The position numbers were made by a program, and so were the translations under genes. From contig CP013062.1 in NCBI GenBank assembly GCA_001430755.1, positions 420,001 through 452,000 on the forward strand: a stretch of DNA of 32,000 bases. The letters run 5' to 3'. A model generated the notes under the pieces. It searched no databases, was not told where the DNA came from, and saw only the letters and a program-made list of their open reading frames with translations. The DNA comes from Candidatus Peribacter riflensis. Its GTDB lineage: Bacteria; Patescibacteriota; Gracilibacteria; Peribacterales; Peribacteraceae. Below are positions 31,505-32,000 of this stretch, one piece after another. Numbering within the stretch: position 1 is the first letter of the stretch; every line of letters starts with the position of its first letter.

Positions 31505-32000
31505 TTACCGGAGCAGCGTGCCGACCTGAAGGGTCATCTCCGTCACGCGCATCGCGTAACCCCACTCATTGTCGTACCAGGCGAGTATTTGCACCAGATT
31601 TCCGTCGATGACATTCGTCGAATCCAGATCCACCGTGCTGGAATGCGGATCGCTGAGGTAATCGGATGAGACGAGGAGGCCTTCTTCCACCGCCAGAATG
31701 CCTTTGAGTTCTCCTTCCGACGCCTCGCGGAGCTTGCTGTTGATTTCTGCGGGGCTCGCCGGAGCGTTCAGTTCGAGCACGAGGTAGGCCGCCGAGACAT
31801 CGGGGATCGGAATGCGCAGCGCCATGCCGTCCAATTTTCCTTTGAGGTGCGGGAATACTTTGCCCACTGCTTTGGCAGCACCAGTCGTCGAGGGAATGAT
31901 ATTGAGCGCTGCGGCGCGCGCGATGCGCAGTTTCGAGCTTTCTGTGGCGTTGTCGAGGAGATTTTGGGAGCTGGTGTACGAGTGCGTAGTGCACATGAGG
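31505..32000 (-). CDS. second glyceraldehyde-3-phosphate dehydrogenase paralog (N-terminal part beyond window end)
   Basis: The GAPDH C-terminal domain is present: HSYTSSQNLLD, AAALNIIPSTTGAAKAVGKVFP, LAWYDNEWGYAMR. The frame is open to the window edge. Confidence 0.85.
   Translation of the reverse strand, partial: LMCTTHSYTSSQNLLDNATESSKLRIARAAALNIIPSTTGAAKAVGKVFPHLKGKLDGMALRIPIPDVSAAYLVLELNAPASPAEINSKLREASEGELKGILAVEEGLLVSSDYLSDPHSSTVDLDSTNVIDGNLVQILAWYDNEWGYAMRVTEMTLQVGTLLR

Noticed and set aside
31505-31507. Stop-codon reassignment as an explanation for the in-frame gap2-fbp junction
   Set aside because: There is no sign of a global code change. TAA, TAG and TGA all terminate conserved genes at expected lengths, e.g. 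TAA for the GT4 gene at 28481, TAG for dnaK and purA, and TGA for gap and the sigma-54 activator. Any read-through would have to be local.

Overview
GC-rich (about 58-60% by eye), almost fully coding bacterial chromosomal window. I see no rRNA, CRISPR array, transposase or integrase, and no recognisable defence system. All homology calls are from memory of protein families, with no searches run.

Content:
- Housekeeping genes: obg, dnaK behind a perfect CIRCE operator, gap, cca, rplI, secG, rpsP plus a KH-domain gene, prmC, purA, nadK, class I fbp, and a second partial gap.
- Envelope and surface genes: a lipoprotein, a DsbA-like oxidoreductase, VanW, a CGNG/EECD cysteine-rich secreted protein, a beta-helix protein with three C-terminal SLH domains, a DUF11-repeat protein with an LPPAG sortase signal, a pilin-like 2-TM protein, and two GT4 glycosyltransferases.
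- Four tRNAs, all with encoded CCA: Ala-CGC, Phe-GAA, Ile-UAU, Val-UAC.
- Most genes lack a Shine-Dalgarno sequence, and several have a -10 hexamer only 6-9 nt from the start codon. Together with the gene content this suggests an uncultivated, possibly CPR/Patescibacteria-like lineage (low confidence).

Most unusual observations:
1. The fbp N-terminal homology extends 62 codons upstream of the first ATG/GTG/TTG. It is in frame with the TAA stop of the upstream gap paralog, across a Pro-rich linker-like, G-quadruplex-capable tract.
2. All four tRNAs carry strong flanking hairpins that include or abut the mature tRNA ends. Around them lies a dispersed short repeat family (GCTACGGTTGGCAAGCCAC and relatives) and a tRNA-Val 5' fragment.
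3. The tRNA-Ile has a genomic UAU anticodon.
4. An AT-rich divergent locus holds an orphan 285-aa helical protein (the only strong SD seen), a small secreted tandem-repeat protein, a (TA)7 tract and the SLH surface protein.
5. A sensor-less sigma-54-type AAA+ activator sits directly upstream of CIRCE-dnaK.
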